Positions 24,626 to 36,998 of a stretch of 64,000 nucleotides of DNA are shown piece after piece. This DNA is from Torpedo marmorata. Its lineage: Eukaryota. The stretch spans positions 204,848,001 through 204,912,000 of the forward strand of contig OZ360221.1 in the NCBI GenBank assembly GCA_977017645.1, written 5' to 3'. A program made the position numbers and the translations under genes. The first letter of the stretch is position 1; each line of letters opens with the position of its first letter. The notes beneath the pieces were generated by a model, which saw only the letters and a program-made list of their open reading frames with translations, was not told the origin of the DNA and searched no databases.

Positions 24626-25620
24626 AAATCTCTGCCAGGGCACGAGTAACTACTTCTCTGCTTCTCACTTGGTCAGTCCCTGGGGAGTTATCCACCTTTG
24701 CAAGCCTCAAGACTGCCAACATGTCATCCTCTTTAATAATGTCAATATGTTTCAGGACCTCACTGTTCTGAAGTTTTATATTAAACTACTCATGTTTTGT
24801 AAGCATTGGAATGTTTACTGTATAAAATAAACTGATCTTCCATAGTTTGCAAAACAAAAGATGTAATAATTTCTAAATATTTCATTATATATTTTAATAT
24901 ATAAATGCTTGAAGCAGCAGACTTGAGGCCCTACAAAACAATGACTGACTCGATACAGCGATCAGACTGAATGATGGCAATTATTTGATTTATTCAAATG
25001 TATGCAATGTGGGTAGAAGAATAGAAGGATTCTGCTTTATATTGTCTAGAAATATATGGATTGGTAACAAAAATTCTGAATTTTATTTTGAACTAGTTTA
25101 AATGTTGAACTCCAAGCAGTTTACCTCAAAGCTGCCTCTTTTGCTTTCATTTCTTACCATAGCACGTCACCAAGTTAAAATTTCTGCAGGACCTAGATGT
25201 TGCAACCTCTGTTTCCCATCTCTCATCCTACTTACCTTTCTATATTACTTTAAAAACTCCATCCCTATTCCCTCAATCTTGTCTCCAAGAAACTGTTTCC
25301 ATTCTTCCTGTTTAACTGATACTGTTAATTGCTCCCTACTTAATTTTAAACCCATTATTATTGGTGGCTGTGCATTTTCACGAAGTACGTTCCTAAACAC
25401 TCCTTTTCCTCCTTGAAGACACACCTTTAAACGTCACTGTTTGTATCTGCCATCTCTTGTGTCTCCAAAGTTATCAAGATGGTGCCTAACCATGGGTTCT
25501 GAGTTAAGATCTGTTTGGAGAATTACTTCAAGGACCAAGGACACGGGTAAAGTGAACGTGATTGAGGTTCTTGAAATTGTGAAGTAGCTGTGTGTTGTAA
25601 ATTTGGATAAGATATTTAGC

Positions 25621-26035
25621 AGATTCAAGATTCAATTTATTGTCATGCAATAAAACTGTGTCATATTACACGAAATTCCTTTTGCCTGCTGTAAGGCAGA
25701 CAGATTCGCCATCGGCAGAAATTGCCTGAAGCGCCTCTTACAGTCAGAAAGAGAAGCAAAAGAGAGTCCCCCCCAGAGTCACCCAGTGTCTGTAGATTCG
25801 CCTCCGCAGCCACAGAGTCCAGTCCAAACCATTGGCAACCCGAGCTCCAGATCCGAACCTCAGACACGGTCAGGAACCTTTCAGCGCCTTTGGCACCATC
25901 TCGCATCCCGGTTCCGATACCTGGTACTCCTTCAGCCAGTTCGAGCCAGTCTCCAGCAGTCCGCAGCCCGGCGCGAGTCTCCCGACAGCAGTCTCCAGCA
26001 GTCCACAGCCTCCGTGGGTTCCTCGCGTCGATTAG
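25621..26035 (-). mobile_element. Non-coding retroposon with Rex-type (TTGAATC)n tail
   Basis: The plus strand starts AGATTCAAGATTCAATTTATTGTCAT, a tail similar to the Rex ends; the body is GC-rich. Confidence 0.5.
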
Positions 26036-26924
26036 ACAAAGATATGGCCATGTTAAAGAAGCAACTGAGCCATATTGGATGTTGGGCAATACTACATTGG
26101 TTGTTGTCATTCTCAGTCAGGCAATGGCAAGTATAATTGTTCACAGGATGGGATTCTAATTCTGAGAGAGAATTTTGGACTTTTTCAAATTTTGGTCCCT
26201 GTCTAAATTCTGATTTCATTTTGCTGTTTAAAATAAAAGCAGAACATGCTAGAGATTCTGAGCAGATCTGGTCAATATTTGTCAGATGAGATACAAAATT
26301 GTAAATTCAGGTCATAATAATAGTGATCAGGATTCATTGGTAATGGGTTGCATTGAAACATCAATGTTTTGAAAAGTGAGGTGATTAAGGATTTAGTGAA
26401 ATGCAGCCAGGTCCAAATCAGCATTTTTTTTTTTACAGTTGACAGGTAAAAGCTGCTCATTCTTATTATTCATTTGAAATTGAATAAAGTATGCAAACAA
26501 TTTCAATTACAATCATTTTATACATTTCTACAATCTAGAAAAAAAAAATAATTGACATTTTGTTCCATCATTCCACAGTTTGCATAACAAAATGCACAAG
26601 TCTTAGAAAATCTGTAGTAATTAAGCAGTGATACCAACCACTGGTTGTGAACAATGGTAGCTAATTGTAGAAAATAGGTTCTCAAGAAGGTTCCTAAAGG
26701 AAAAGTTGGACAAGTAATAAGTGGTGGAAAGAGGGAATTTCTGAAATTGGTCCCATACAGCAGAGGTATAACTATTGATATTAATGCATTTATCAGAACA
26801 GGATGCTCAAATTGTCAGTGCTGGAGCAATGGAGAGTTTGGATACAGTTATGGAAGAATAGAATCTTTTTGATGGATTGGATAAGACATTGAAAGCATGG
26901 TTTGGGTCATATTTGGCAGATGTG

Positions 26925-27478
26925 CAGGTGCCTAACCTTTTATCCGAAAACCTTGGGACCGGACACTTTTCGGAATTTGGATTTTTTTCGGATTATAGAA
27001 TTATTTTAATGGCGGTACTATTAAATAATTGCGTTGCTTCAGATTTGCCAAAACAAAGACACACTCCAACTAGAAGGGTTTCTGGACGGCGGCTCTTGAT
27101 GGTGGGGGGGGGGGTTGTGGCGGCGCTGCACGGGGATGTTCGTGGTGGCGCTGAAAGGGGTGGGTTCGCGGTGGCGCTGGACCGGGGTGTTTGCGGCGGC
27201 GTTAAAGGGGTGGGTTCGTGGTGGCGCTGGACCGGGGGTTCACAGCGGCGCTTGACGGGGGGTTCGTGGTGGTGCTGGACGGCGGGGGGGGGGGGGGGGT
27301 GGTGGTAAATGAAGTGAGATAAAGATAGACCATAAAATTACTAGCGTACTTTTTATTTTTAAGTAAAACATACAGTAAAACTTCAAACATTAACTGGCTC
27401 AAACTAAGCGAAACACCTGAAAATGTACTGGAAAAAATGTTCGGTTTTCGGAATTACAGATAAAAGGTTAGGCACCTG
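26925..27478. mobile_element. Tigger/Tc1-mariner-type MITE with internal GC-rich minisatellite
   Basis: TIRs CAGGTGCCTAACCTTTTATC / GATAAAAGGTTAGGCACCTG|TA; core repeat GGGGT..TCG.GG.GGCGCT at 27105-27305. Confidence 0.85.
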
Positions 27479-27489
27479 TATTGAGTTTT

Positions 27490-28130
27490 ATAAAGCCATA
27501 GAACACCACAGCACCGAAACAGGTCCTGCGGCCCATCTAGACCATGCCAAACTATTTTTCTGCCTAGTCCCATTCATCTGCACCTGGACTATTGCCCTCT
27601 ATGCCTATCCCCTCCATGTACCTATCCAAATTTCTCTTAAATATTGAAATCAAACCCGCATCCACCATTTCCGCTGGCAGCTCGTTCCACACTCACCACC
27701 CTCTGAGTGAAGAAGTTCACCCTAATGTTTCCCCTTGACCATTTCACCCTTCACTGTTAACCCATGTCGTCTAGTTCTTGTCTCACCCAACCTCTGGGGA
27801 AAAAAAACCTGCTTGTATTTACCTTATCTATACCCCTGTGATTTTGAATACCTCAATTAAATCTTTCCTCATTCTCCAGCACTCCAGGGAATAAAGTCCT
27901 AACCTTATTCAACCTTTCCTAATAACTCAGCTTCTCAAGTCCTGTCAACATCCTTGAGTTTTCTCTGCATTCTTCCAATCTTATTAATATTTTTCCTGTA
28001 CGTAAGTGACCAAAACTGCATGTAGTACTCCAAATTTTGCCTCAGTACTTCGATTTATGGAGGACAATGTGCCAAAAGCCCTCATTACGACCCTATCTTC
28101 CAGTGATGCCACTTTCAAGGAATTATCCAG
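27490..28130 (-). mobile_element. CR1 3' fragment
   Basis: Reverse complement of the CR1 C-terminus and 3' UTR. Confidence 0.7.
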
Positions 28131-29259
28131 TGTGTTTGATGGACAGGTAAAAATATTTAGGGGTACAGTTTTACAACACTCAAGGATACTGAAGTTGAAA
28201 AATTATCGAGGTATGGGCATCTTCAACATTCCCTTCAAGGCTAGCCATGATCAAAGGGCAGCTTGTAGAAGTAAAATAGGAAGCTAATAATAGATTTTTG
28301 GGGAACTTTACCGGCATTAGTGGGATGCATTGACTTAAGGAAGAATGGAAACAAATGAAGCCAATTCTGTTGAGTTGGATAATAGAGGCAGGGGGTTGAA
28401 GTAGAATGGTGTTGATAACTTTCAGGAGTTGTAGAAGAGCTAAGGAATATGAAATTAGTCTCTGATTCCTCAAATTTTTAAGTAGAAAAAAACTGTAAAC
28501 TACTATCAACTGGACAATTATATTCTGAATAATGACAATTGAAGGACAAGCTGCAGTTCACGACAGAACAGACTAATAAACCTGGCTATTGGCAAACTTT
28601 ATAAAGCATAGTTCTTATTAGACCGAGAGCTTTGTCTCATTCAGATGTCCAATTAGAATTGATCATGTGGTTTATACTGAATCTGCAATTGGGACACACT
28701 GGGGATAAAGAGCAGGAAGTATAAACATTGCAGTAACTCTCAGAGGAACTGGTCGCCTCCTCGGCCGGACTGCCGTTTGGAGGAGCCGGCAGCCTCTGGT
28801 GACAAAAAGATTGGAAAGGATACTCCTGCAGGAAGAGGACTAATAGTGTGGTCAGGAAGAATGTTGTCTATCACTTCAGGTTATTTTCCAGTTATTAAAG
28901 AATCAAAAACCTATTTCTTGCATAAAACCCACCACAGTACCTAATATCTTCTTGGATAACAGGGAAATGAGGACGGGTAGTTGGGTGGTTATTAACTAAA
29001 TGAGGTTATGGGGCGTATGAATATGTTTCATGAATTTATTTACAGGCTAAGAGCGCGAAGTTGTAGGCGTATTAGAGTTCGAAGTTTGACTTGGTGACCA
29101 AAGGGTGGAAGAGGTAGCAATGCAAGAAGTTAAGCTGATGGTCTTGGTTATAAAGCTGTCCTTGTTGTCTTTTGCAGGGGAGTGGAACTTAAGGTAACTA
29201 CTGATTATACACTAAATAAACTAGGGAATTAACAGGATAATAGCAGTGGCAGGGGAAAG

Positions 29260-31080
29260 TGTTTAGGATATACGCAAGTGTGCGTATGATGTCATAACGC
29301 ATATGTATTGTATGCTGCGGGGAACCATTTTAGATTTGCAATAAAGAATGAATAAGGCACCACGTCTCCGTGTGCAAGTGTCTTTCTAAGCCTAGAATAC
29401 ACAACAGATTGGCGACGAGGATAAAAACGAACTTCTACACTCCGAACGTTGGAAGAAGATTGGAAGATTAGAAGGTACAACACAAGACGAAGACCACAGT
29501 AAGCCACACAGGCTGATGCACAGAGAACAAAGGAATGAAGACTCAAAATGGCAGAAGGACGTTTTGGAGAATTCAAAGAATCAGAAAGCTGGTATGACTA
29601 TGTGGAGAGATTTGATATGTTCTGTCTTGCCCATAATATTACAGATACACAGGCTTTCAGAAGGAAACAGGCACTGTTTCTAAGCGAAGTGGGAAGCAAA
29701 ATATATAAACTGATGAAATCTCTTTTGGCACCTGCGAGACCAAGTACAAGGTCTTATGAGGATTTGTGTGCAGTGGTAGGAGAATACCTATTGCCTAAAC
29801 CAGTAGTAATTGCAGAAAGATACAAATTTTATTCCAGAAAACAAAAAGCAAATGAAACTGTAAGCGAATATTTGGCTGAATTGCACAGACTGTCGGAAAG
29901 TTGTAATTTTGGAAAATTCCTGAACGAAGCATTAAGAGACAGGTTAGTCATGGGTTTGGCTGACTGCAATGCCCAGCAACGATTGCTAAGTAAGAAAGAA
30001 TTAGACATTAAGTCTGCGTATGATACCGCCTTAAGTTTCGAGATGGCCAGCCAAAACATGGATATCAAACAAGGAGAGACGCAGGTAATGGGAAAATTAA
30101 ACCAACGAGAATGCTTCCGCTGCGGAAAAAGTAACCACAGTCCAGATAATTGTTATTTCAAAAAAGCAAGGTGTCATCTATGTGACAAGAAGGGACACAT
30201 CAGAGCCAAATGTCCACGAAAAAGAGAAAGTGGAGGAAAGGAGAAAAATCAAACCCAAATACAAAAAAACAGTTGAAAAATGTGGGGGAGAAGGATGAAA
30301 GCCCGAGCAGTGAAACGAATGACTCCGAGTAAGACAAGGCAATGGAAGTAATGTATATTCGCAGTGTGATGGATAAGAAATCTGAAATTTATATCCATGT
30401 TAAAATCAACAATGAACCGCTCCGAATGGAGTTGGACACGGGAGCATCTGTGTCTCTTATGCCAGTAAATTTGAAAACAGGACTATTACCCCATCTTATC
30501 ATGAAACAGTCCGACATGGTGTTGAAAACGGTCACAGGAGAGAAAGTCAAGGTGCTTGGGAAATGTAAAGTAGACGTCGAGTACAAGGGACAGACATCGA
30601 ATAGATTACCCCTCTACATCGTGAACACAAAGGGGCCGGCGTTGTTTGGAAGAAACTGGTTGTCGCACATCCAACTGGATTGGATGGAAATTGGGTCAGT
30701 AATGAAGGTGTATGCTGAGGGTCAACCCAAATCGAAGGTGAAGCAAGTATTTGGGTATCAAATGATTTTTGCAAAAGGCCTGGGAAAAATTCAAGAAGTC
30801 CAGGCGAAGTTACAATTGAAACCTGAGGTTGAACCCAAATTTTATGCCAAGGACGGTACCTTTTGCAATAAAAGGAAATATTGAGTCAGAACTTAACAGA
30901 TTGGAAAACGAAGGAATCATTGAACGACTTCAATATAGTGATTGGGCAGCTCCCATCATGCCCGTCAGAAAACCCAATGGGGAAATTTGCATTTGTGGTG
31001 ATTACAAAGTCACCATTAATCAAGCTCTGCAAATACCGGAACATCCCATGCCCAGAGCGGAGGAGTTGTTTCAAGCCCTG
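29260..31080 (+). mobile_element. Ty3/Gypsy LTR retrotransposon 5' part (LTR end, tRNA-Ser PBS, gag, protease, RT start), truncated
   Basis: ACAACA end at 29406 and PBS TGGCGACGAGGAT at 29410. Gag 29548-30276 has two CCHC knuckles; protease LDTGASVS; RT WAAPIMPVRKPNG..CGDYKVTIN. The LTR start is uncertain. Confidence 0.88.
29548..30276 (+). CDS. Gypsy Gag (capsid-like region, two CCHC zinc knuckles)
   Basis: Open 242-aa frame with CFRCGKSNHSPDNC and CHLCDKKGHIRAKC. Confidence 0.75.
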   Translation: MAEGRFGEFKESESWYDYVERFDMFCLAHNITDTQAFRRKQALFLSEVGSKIYKLMKSLLAPARPSTRSYEDLCAVVGEYLLPKPVVIAERYKFYSRKQKANETVSEYLAELHRLSESCNFGKFLNEALRDRLVMGLADCNAQQRLLSKKELDIKSAYDTALSFEMASQNMDIKQGETQVMGKLNQRECFRCGKSNHSPDNCYFKKARCHLCDKKGHIRAKCPRKRESGGKEKNQTQIQKNS

Positions 31081-32175
31081 TGTAGTGACTTCAGTCCAAC
31101 AAATTGTCACTTGGAGGTGAGGTGAGATTGTAAGAGCCGTAGGATCAATAACTTACCTTGGTCGTGGTGCTCCGGTGCTTCGACGGGTTATGTAGGAGTC
31201 GCGGTGTCTGTAGGCCGTCCTCTGCCTGCTCTGTGCTCTGCACATGCGCTGGAGTGCCGACGGGCACATGCGCAGTCTGGAATTGACGTCATTGTGCGCG
31301 GTGTATTGTGGGAGATGTAGTGTGCGCAGTGGAATAGGAGCGATGGAGCATGCGCGAATCGGGAAGGAATAGGATAAGATGGCGATGTAGAAGGGTGAGT
31401 GAGATCGCCATATCTTTATTGAACGTTTCATAGCGTTTCATAGATCATTTCATCGAGCTTTTAAACTAGTTTATTTGTAGTTTAAAGTAGTTTAATTGAA
31501 CATCTGAATACAGTCAAAAGGAATCATTTAAAGGAACTCATCATACATCGTTTTCAAGAACTGTTTATATTAAAGTCATTGAAGATTACTGCAAGTCACG
31601 TGTGTAAATAAAGTTTTTGAACATATTGGACTTTGTTGGTAAATTAATTGAAACGCGTCAAAGACAAGTATCTCACTTAGCCTCCAGGTGACTATTGTTT
31701 GGATCGAAGTCACCATATTATAGTCAATAAAGATTGGATGTTTGGAACAGAAAATTGAAGGAAAGAAGATAGAATAATCTCTCTGTGCTTTGGACTGATA
31801 TTTAAAATAAAATGGTGGCCATCTTGAAGATGCCTCGAGTTGGGGGCAGTTTGTAATCCACATCCATCTGCCATGAGTAACAGCCAGAGAGGGATTTAAA
31901 GCTTCAAATCTTATAATAAAGTGTCCTATAAATACGTTGGAGAAACCATTTTTGGAAAATCAGTTATATTATTGACGGATGTTGTGGTTGAAACTCGTTT
32001 GTGGATAGCAGCACATTACAATCATTTGAAGTGGTAGGCATAAGTCTGTGGGCTCCTTCTGTGTATCTTTCGCAAGTAAGAACACAGATTGGAATTGCTG
32101 CCGCTGGTCCATTGGGGACTGTTGATTTGGCTAGTGTTGTGTATGCTTGAAGGACAGAGGAACAAGACGAGTAAA

Positions 32176-34898
32176 ATGGCCGCAGCAGCCTCTGATACAG
32201 CAGCTACTGATGTATCAGCAGCTGACGCAGCAATCGCTGATGTTGCTGTTGAGGACCAACGTATTGAAGACATGAAGATTGCGGATATTAAAAGAATTGA
32301 AGCGACTGAAAAAGGACATAAGTGGAAATAAAAAGGTTCTTATCGCAAGATTGAAGCTGGCAAAGGATGAAGAGGCAGCTTCATTAGATGAACAAGATGA
32401 TAACTTGGAAATGGCTGAAATTGTGTCACCAAATGATGAAGAAAATGATGAAGATATTGAAGAGGTTGAAGATGCAAAGGATATACAATTCAAATTGGAT
32501 AGAGGTAAGTATGAAGACAACATATGAACTGCAGGACGAAATACAAGCAAGTGACAGTGTCTCAAATGCTGAAAGCAGGAGAAGCAAAAGAAGTTCTGGT
32601 TCGAGCTCCAGAGTTTCTCGTACTTCAAGTTCTGCATTGTCACGTACAAAGATTGATGTTAAATTGGCCGCTCTTCTTGCACAACAAAAAACGCTTAAGG
32701 ATAAATTTATTTTAGAACAAGAGGAGGAGCAGCTAAGACAAAAGGAGGAGCAGCTAAGACAAAAGGAGGAGCAGCTAAGACGAGAGAAGGAGCAGCTAAG
32801 GCAGAGAAAAGAACAGCAGGAGCTGGAAGCAAACATTGCTATTGCCAAGGCAGAAAAGAAAGCAATAAAAGGCTCAATGGTATCTGGTGCTGGAAGTAAA
32901 TTATCTAAATTGTCTGATAATAAAAGGTCATATTTAAAAAAAGGAGTCACAGGAAAAGAAACCAACCAAAAGGATAGATATTTTAAGAACCAAGGATACA
33001 AAACTTGCATATACAAGGACAAACCTTTCAAGAGCATATTGGTATCGAGTCACATGTACCAATGGTAACATCTGAAAGCAAAGCTGCGGCTTGGGTTCGG
33101 TCGAACGAAGCAGCTTCTTTGTTATTTAAGTCAAGCATCAGAAATATGGAAGAAACTACACCAGTGAAGTTTCCAGATACATTGCGTGCAACAAGAGACG
33201 GTGAACAGAGCAATGTATTGTCATCCAAGGAAAGACAAAATGAAATTGCTGCATCATTGTTTCAGTTACAGTCTCTCTCTTCTTTACCCAAGAAAGAGAT
33301 ACAAACTTTTGATGGTGATCCACTTCAATATCAATCATTTATGAGATCTTTCAAACGCAATATTGAAGATAAATGCCAAGATCGTGATGAATGTCTTTAT
33401 TATTTGGAAATGTTCACAAAGGGACATCCAAAAGAACTGGTAAAGAGTTGTAAACAAATGTCTTCAGAAAGAGGATCAGACAAAGCTAAGGCTTTACTGG
33501 AACAATATATTGGCAACAAGCATCGAATTGCTTTAGCTTATATGGATAAAGCTCTTAAATGGACATCAATAAAACAAAATGATGTAAAGGCTCTGCAAGA
33601 ATATACTCTGTTTTTAAGAGGATGTTGTAATGCTATGGAAGAAATCGATAATATTCGTGAGCTTGAAGTGCATAGTATTATGCAAATCATCTTAGAAAAA
33701 TTACCTTACAAATTATGGGATAGATGGAGAAATTTGGCTTGTGATTTACAAGTAAATTACGGTCGAAAAATTACCTTAAAGGATTTGGTAAATTTTCTTG
33801 AACGACAGGTGTACGTTGAAACAGATCCACTATTTGGAATACCAGAGATAATTCAATGGGCAAAGATGTAAGGAAGTCTAACACACAGTCTAGTCTGAAA
33901 TTGAAAAGGAGTACTTTTGCTACTAATGTGTCAGTTATAAGTAAAGAAAAGGACAAAGTAAATAAGGAAAAGGAAAGTTTGCCTGATGAAAAGAGTTGTT
34001 TGTTCTGTAAATGTGGACATGCTTTGGAAATGTGTTTACGATTGGAAAAGAAGGAACATAAGGAGAAGATCGCTTTCTTAAAGGAAAATGGAATATGTTT
34101 TAGCTGTCTGTGTAAAGGGCACATCAGTAAAAACTGCAAAAGCAAATTAATTGTAACATATGCAATTTGAAACATCCTAGAATTTTGCATATCCATAACA
34201 GAAACAAGGAATTGGAAAAGGAGCAAACAGAAACAAAGGAAACAACAGAAAATAATGTTATAACCTCGGTTCAGACAAGTGGTCTTACTGGGGTCGGTGT
34301 GGATAACTGCAAACTTTCGATAGTGCCTGTACAAGTCAAGACCAAGAAAGGGGATGCAATAGTAAAAACATATGCATTTCTAGACCCAGGCAGCACTGCA
34401 TCTTTTTGCACGGAAGGACTAATGAATAAACTTAATATTCAAGGAAGAAGGTCAAGAATTATGTTAAAAACCATGGGACAAGAAAAGGTTGTTGATACTA
34501 ACATTGTTTCAGGCTTAGAGGTTGCTGGATTGAAAGACAAAAAATGTTGTGATCTTCCAAGTTTATATACTCAGAAGACTATGCCTGTGCATGAAGGAAA
34601 TATTCCTCATCAAAAGGATATCCATCATTTAGCTTATCTGTGGAAGGTTTATTTACTTGAAATTAATTCTGAGATAGAAATGCTGATTGGTTCAGATGTG
34701 CCAAAGACTTTGGAACCACAAGAAGTAATAGAGAGTAAAAGGAATGGACCTTACGCTATTAAAACCAAGTTTGGTTGGACAATCAATGGACCACTGGAAA
34801 GAAATAATGATATTGCTCAGGAACAGTTAGCGATAAATATTAATAGAATTTCGGTTGTGAAAGTTGAAGAGTTAAGCGAAGAGCAAAAAACTGAATAA
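32176..34898 (+). pseudogene. BEL gag-protease polyprotein, frameshifted, with N-terminal SAP-like motif
   Basis: Pieces in ORFs 32089-32331, 32279-32527, 32388-33068, 33005-33871, 33856-34170 and 34167-34898. Confidence 0.85.
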
Positions 34899-34965
34899 GA
34901 AAATCACTTTTGAAGAAAAGAAAACTGATCAATGTGAAAATAAATCAAGGGGATTTAAAACAACA

Positions 34966-35682
34966 TTGAAGGAATTATTTTCACCAAAAATGGATGAAAG
35001 TGAAGTATTAGAAGATGTTGCAAATAATACTATTGATTCATGTGTAATTGAATCAGATACAGGAATAAAACAAGTGACTGAAAACAAATCTGAATATAGA
35101 TTTTGTAGTTCAGAGATTACAACAGACAAAGCTAATGAAGAAATATTGCAATGTGATGTAAAACTGGAGAACACAGAAAATTGTGCTGATGGAATAAAGA
35201 ATAATGTGAATGATAATTTAATGCAATTAAATTCAGAGAACAAAATGTTGAAAGGGGAATTGGAAATATTAGATAATCATGAAAACAGTAAACAGAAAGA
35301 TTTAATTGTAAGTAAAACTCGCAAAGTCAGAAAGCGGAAGAAAAGAATAATTGCTGAAGAAATGAATACAGTTATTGAGGAAAGAGATTCAGCATTATCA
35401 AAATGTAAAAGGTTGGAGGAAGAGATTAATGTTTTGAAAGAGAACAAGTTATTGGTTAATAACACAAAACAGTTGATTTTAAAAAACAATCAAGAATGTA
35501 AATTGAATGTTCAGCTATTAACAATGCAGAAAGAATGTGATATTGCATTGCAGAAATGTGACAAGCAAGATGAAGAAATTAAAAGATTTCAAGTTTGCCG
35601 CAAAAGGAATGACAATGGAAATATCAATGTATCACATGATATTTTGACTTCAGATCAAATTATTAATTTCTCAAAGAACTGA
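34966..35682 (+). CDS. Cargo ORF inside BEL containing a MIPOL1-like coiled-coil segment
   Basis: KRIIAEEMNTVIEERDSALSKCKRLEEEI..NNTKQLILKNNQECKLNVQLLTMQKE..EEIKRFQV resembles recalled MIPOL1 RITAEEMSALIEERDAALSKCKRLEQEL..NNMRHLTAENNQERALKAKLLSMQQ..EEIQTLRV. Confidence 0.75.
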   Translation: MKELFSPKMDESEVLEDVANNTIDSCVIESDTGIKQVTENKSEYRFCSSEITTDKANEEILQCDVKLENTENCADGIKNNVNDNLMQLNSENKMLKGELEILDNHENSKQKDLIVSKTRKVRKRKKRIIAEEMNTVIEERDSALSKCKRLEEEINVLKENKLLVNNTKQLILKNNQECKLNVQLLTMQKECDIALQKCDKQDEEIKRFQVCRKRNDNGNINVSHDILTSDQIINFSKN

Positions 35683-36998
35683 GACTGAATTGAAAGTTGC
35701 AAAATTGGATTTGGAATTGCAGGAAAGAGCCATAGAAACCAGAGTGGTTAAACAGACCTGTTTAAAATCGAAAGAATCAAATAAATATTCTAGTTCTAAG
35801 AGTTTAAATTCTTCACATGAGAAATGGAATACTGAAGAAAGGAATAAAGTGAAATGACATGCTGAAGAAGTGCCTTGTGTTAAATTCAAAAGAAAAACTG
35901 TATCTATTTTGTCTGAGGAAGATTTGTGGTTTACTGGTCGATGTTTTAACTCAAAGATTATGGAGATAAAAGAACTTTAAAGAGACATTGTAATTATTAT
36001 GGATAATTCAACTTCAAGAAACTCCTGATTACTTGGAAAAATTATTGAGACTTTTCAAGACAAAAGGGGACTTGTGCGTCAAGTGTGAATTAAAACTAAG
36101 ACTGGTTTTCGAAAGAGACCTATTAACAAGGTCTGTCTTTTGTTGGAGACAGAGGAACTTTGATAAATACAAACTGACTTTATTTGTTGTTGTATACTTC
36201 ACAGGTTACAGACTTTTGATTCAGAGTTATGGTAAACTCTGGGTTTATGAAGAAAGAAGATTTGTATATTGTTTGAATGTTATGGTTATTTTTATTTATA
36301 ACTTATTGTGAAATTATTATTTAAGACATTACGTCTAGTTATAATAATTAGGGGCCGGTGTAAGAGCCGTAGGCTCAATAACTTACTTTGGTCGCGGTGC
36401 TTCGATGGGTTAGGAGTCGCGGTGTCTGTAGGCCGTCCTCGGCCTGTTCTGAGCTCTGCGCATGCGCTGGAGTGCCGACGGGCGCATGCGCAGTCTGGAA
36501 TTGACGTCATTGTGCGCGGTGTATTGTGGGAGATGTAGTGTGCGCGGTGGAGCGTGTGCAGTGGAATAGGAGCGATGGAGCATGCGCGAATCGGGAAGGA
36601 ATAGGATAAGGTGGCAACGTAGGAGGGTGAGTGAGATCGCCATATCTTTATTGAACGTTTCATAGCGTTTCATAGATCATTTCATCGAGCTTTTAAACTA
36701 GTTTATTTGTAGTTTAAATTAGTTTAATTGAACATCTGAATACAGTCAAAAGGAATCATTTAAAGGAACTCATCATACATCGTTTTCAAGAACTGTTTAT
36801 ATTAAAGTCATTGAAGATTACTGCAAGTCACGTGTGTAAATAAAGTTTTTGAACATATTGGACTTTGTTGGTAAATTAATTGAAACGCGTCAAAGACAAG
36901 TATCTCACTTAGCCTCCAGGTTACTATTGTTTGGATCGAAGTCACCATAGAGATACTTGTTCTTGATGCGTTTCAATTAATTTACTAACAAAGTCCAT

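Larger units (their letters stand above)
31129..36949 (+). mobile_element. Non-autonomous BEL/Pao LTR retrotransposon, full copy (LTRs 31129-31717 and 36359-36949, 5-bp TSD GAGAT)
   Basis: Two highly similar LTRs; GAGAT at 31124-31128 and 36950-36954. Gag DUF1759-like LPKKEIQTFDGDPLQY, Cys/His knuckles, protease [24 protein letters not shown]. No RT/RNaseH/IN core; integrase C-tail at ~35980-36150. Confidence 0.92.
31081..36998 (-). mobile_element. Older related BEL LTR 3'-end fragment (31081-31128 + 36955-36998), split by the BEL insertion
   Basis: Both flanks are the reverse complement of the last ~90 bp of the family LTR, ending GAAGTCACTACA. Confidence 0.75.

Noticed and set aside
32721-32820. 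21-bp tandem repeats as a CRISPR-like array
   Set aside because: No spacers; they encode EEQLRQK heptads in Gag, and the DNA is eukaryotic.
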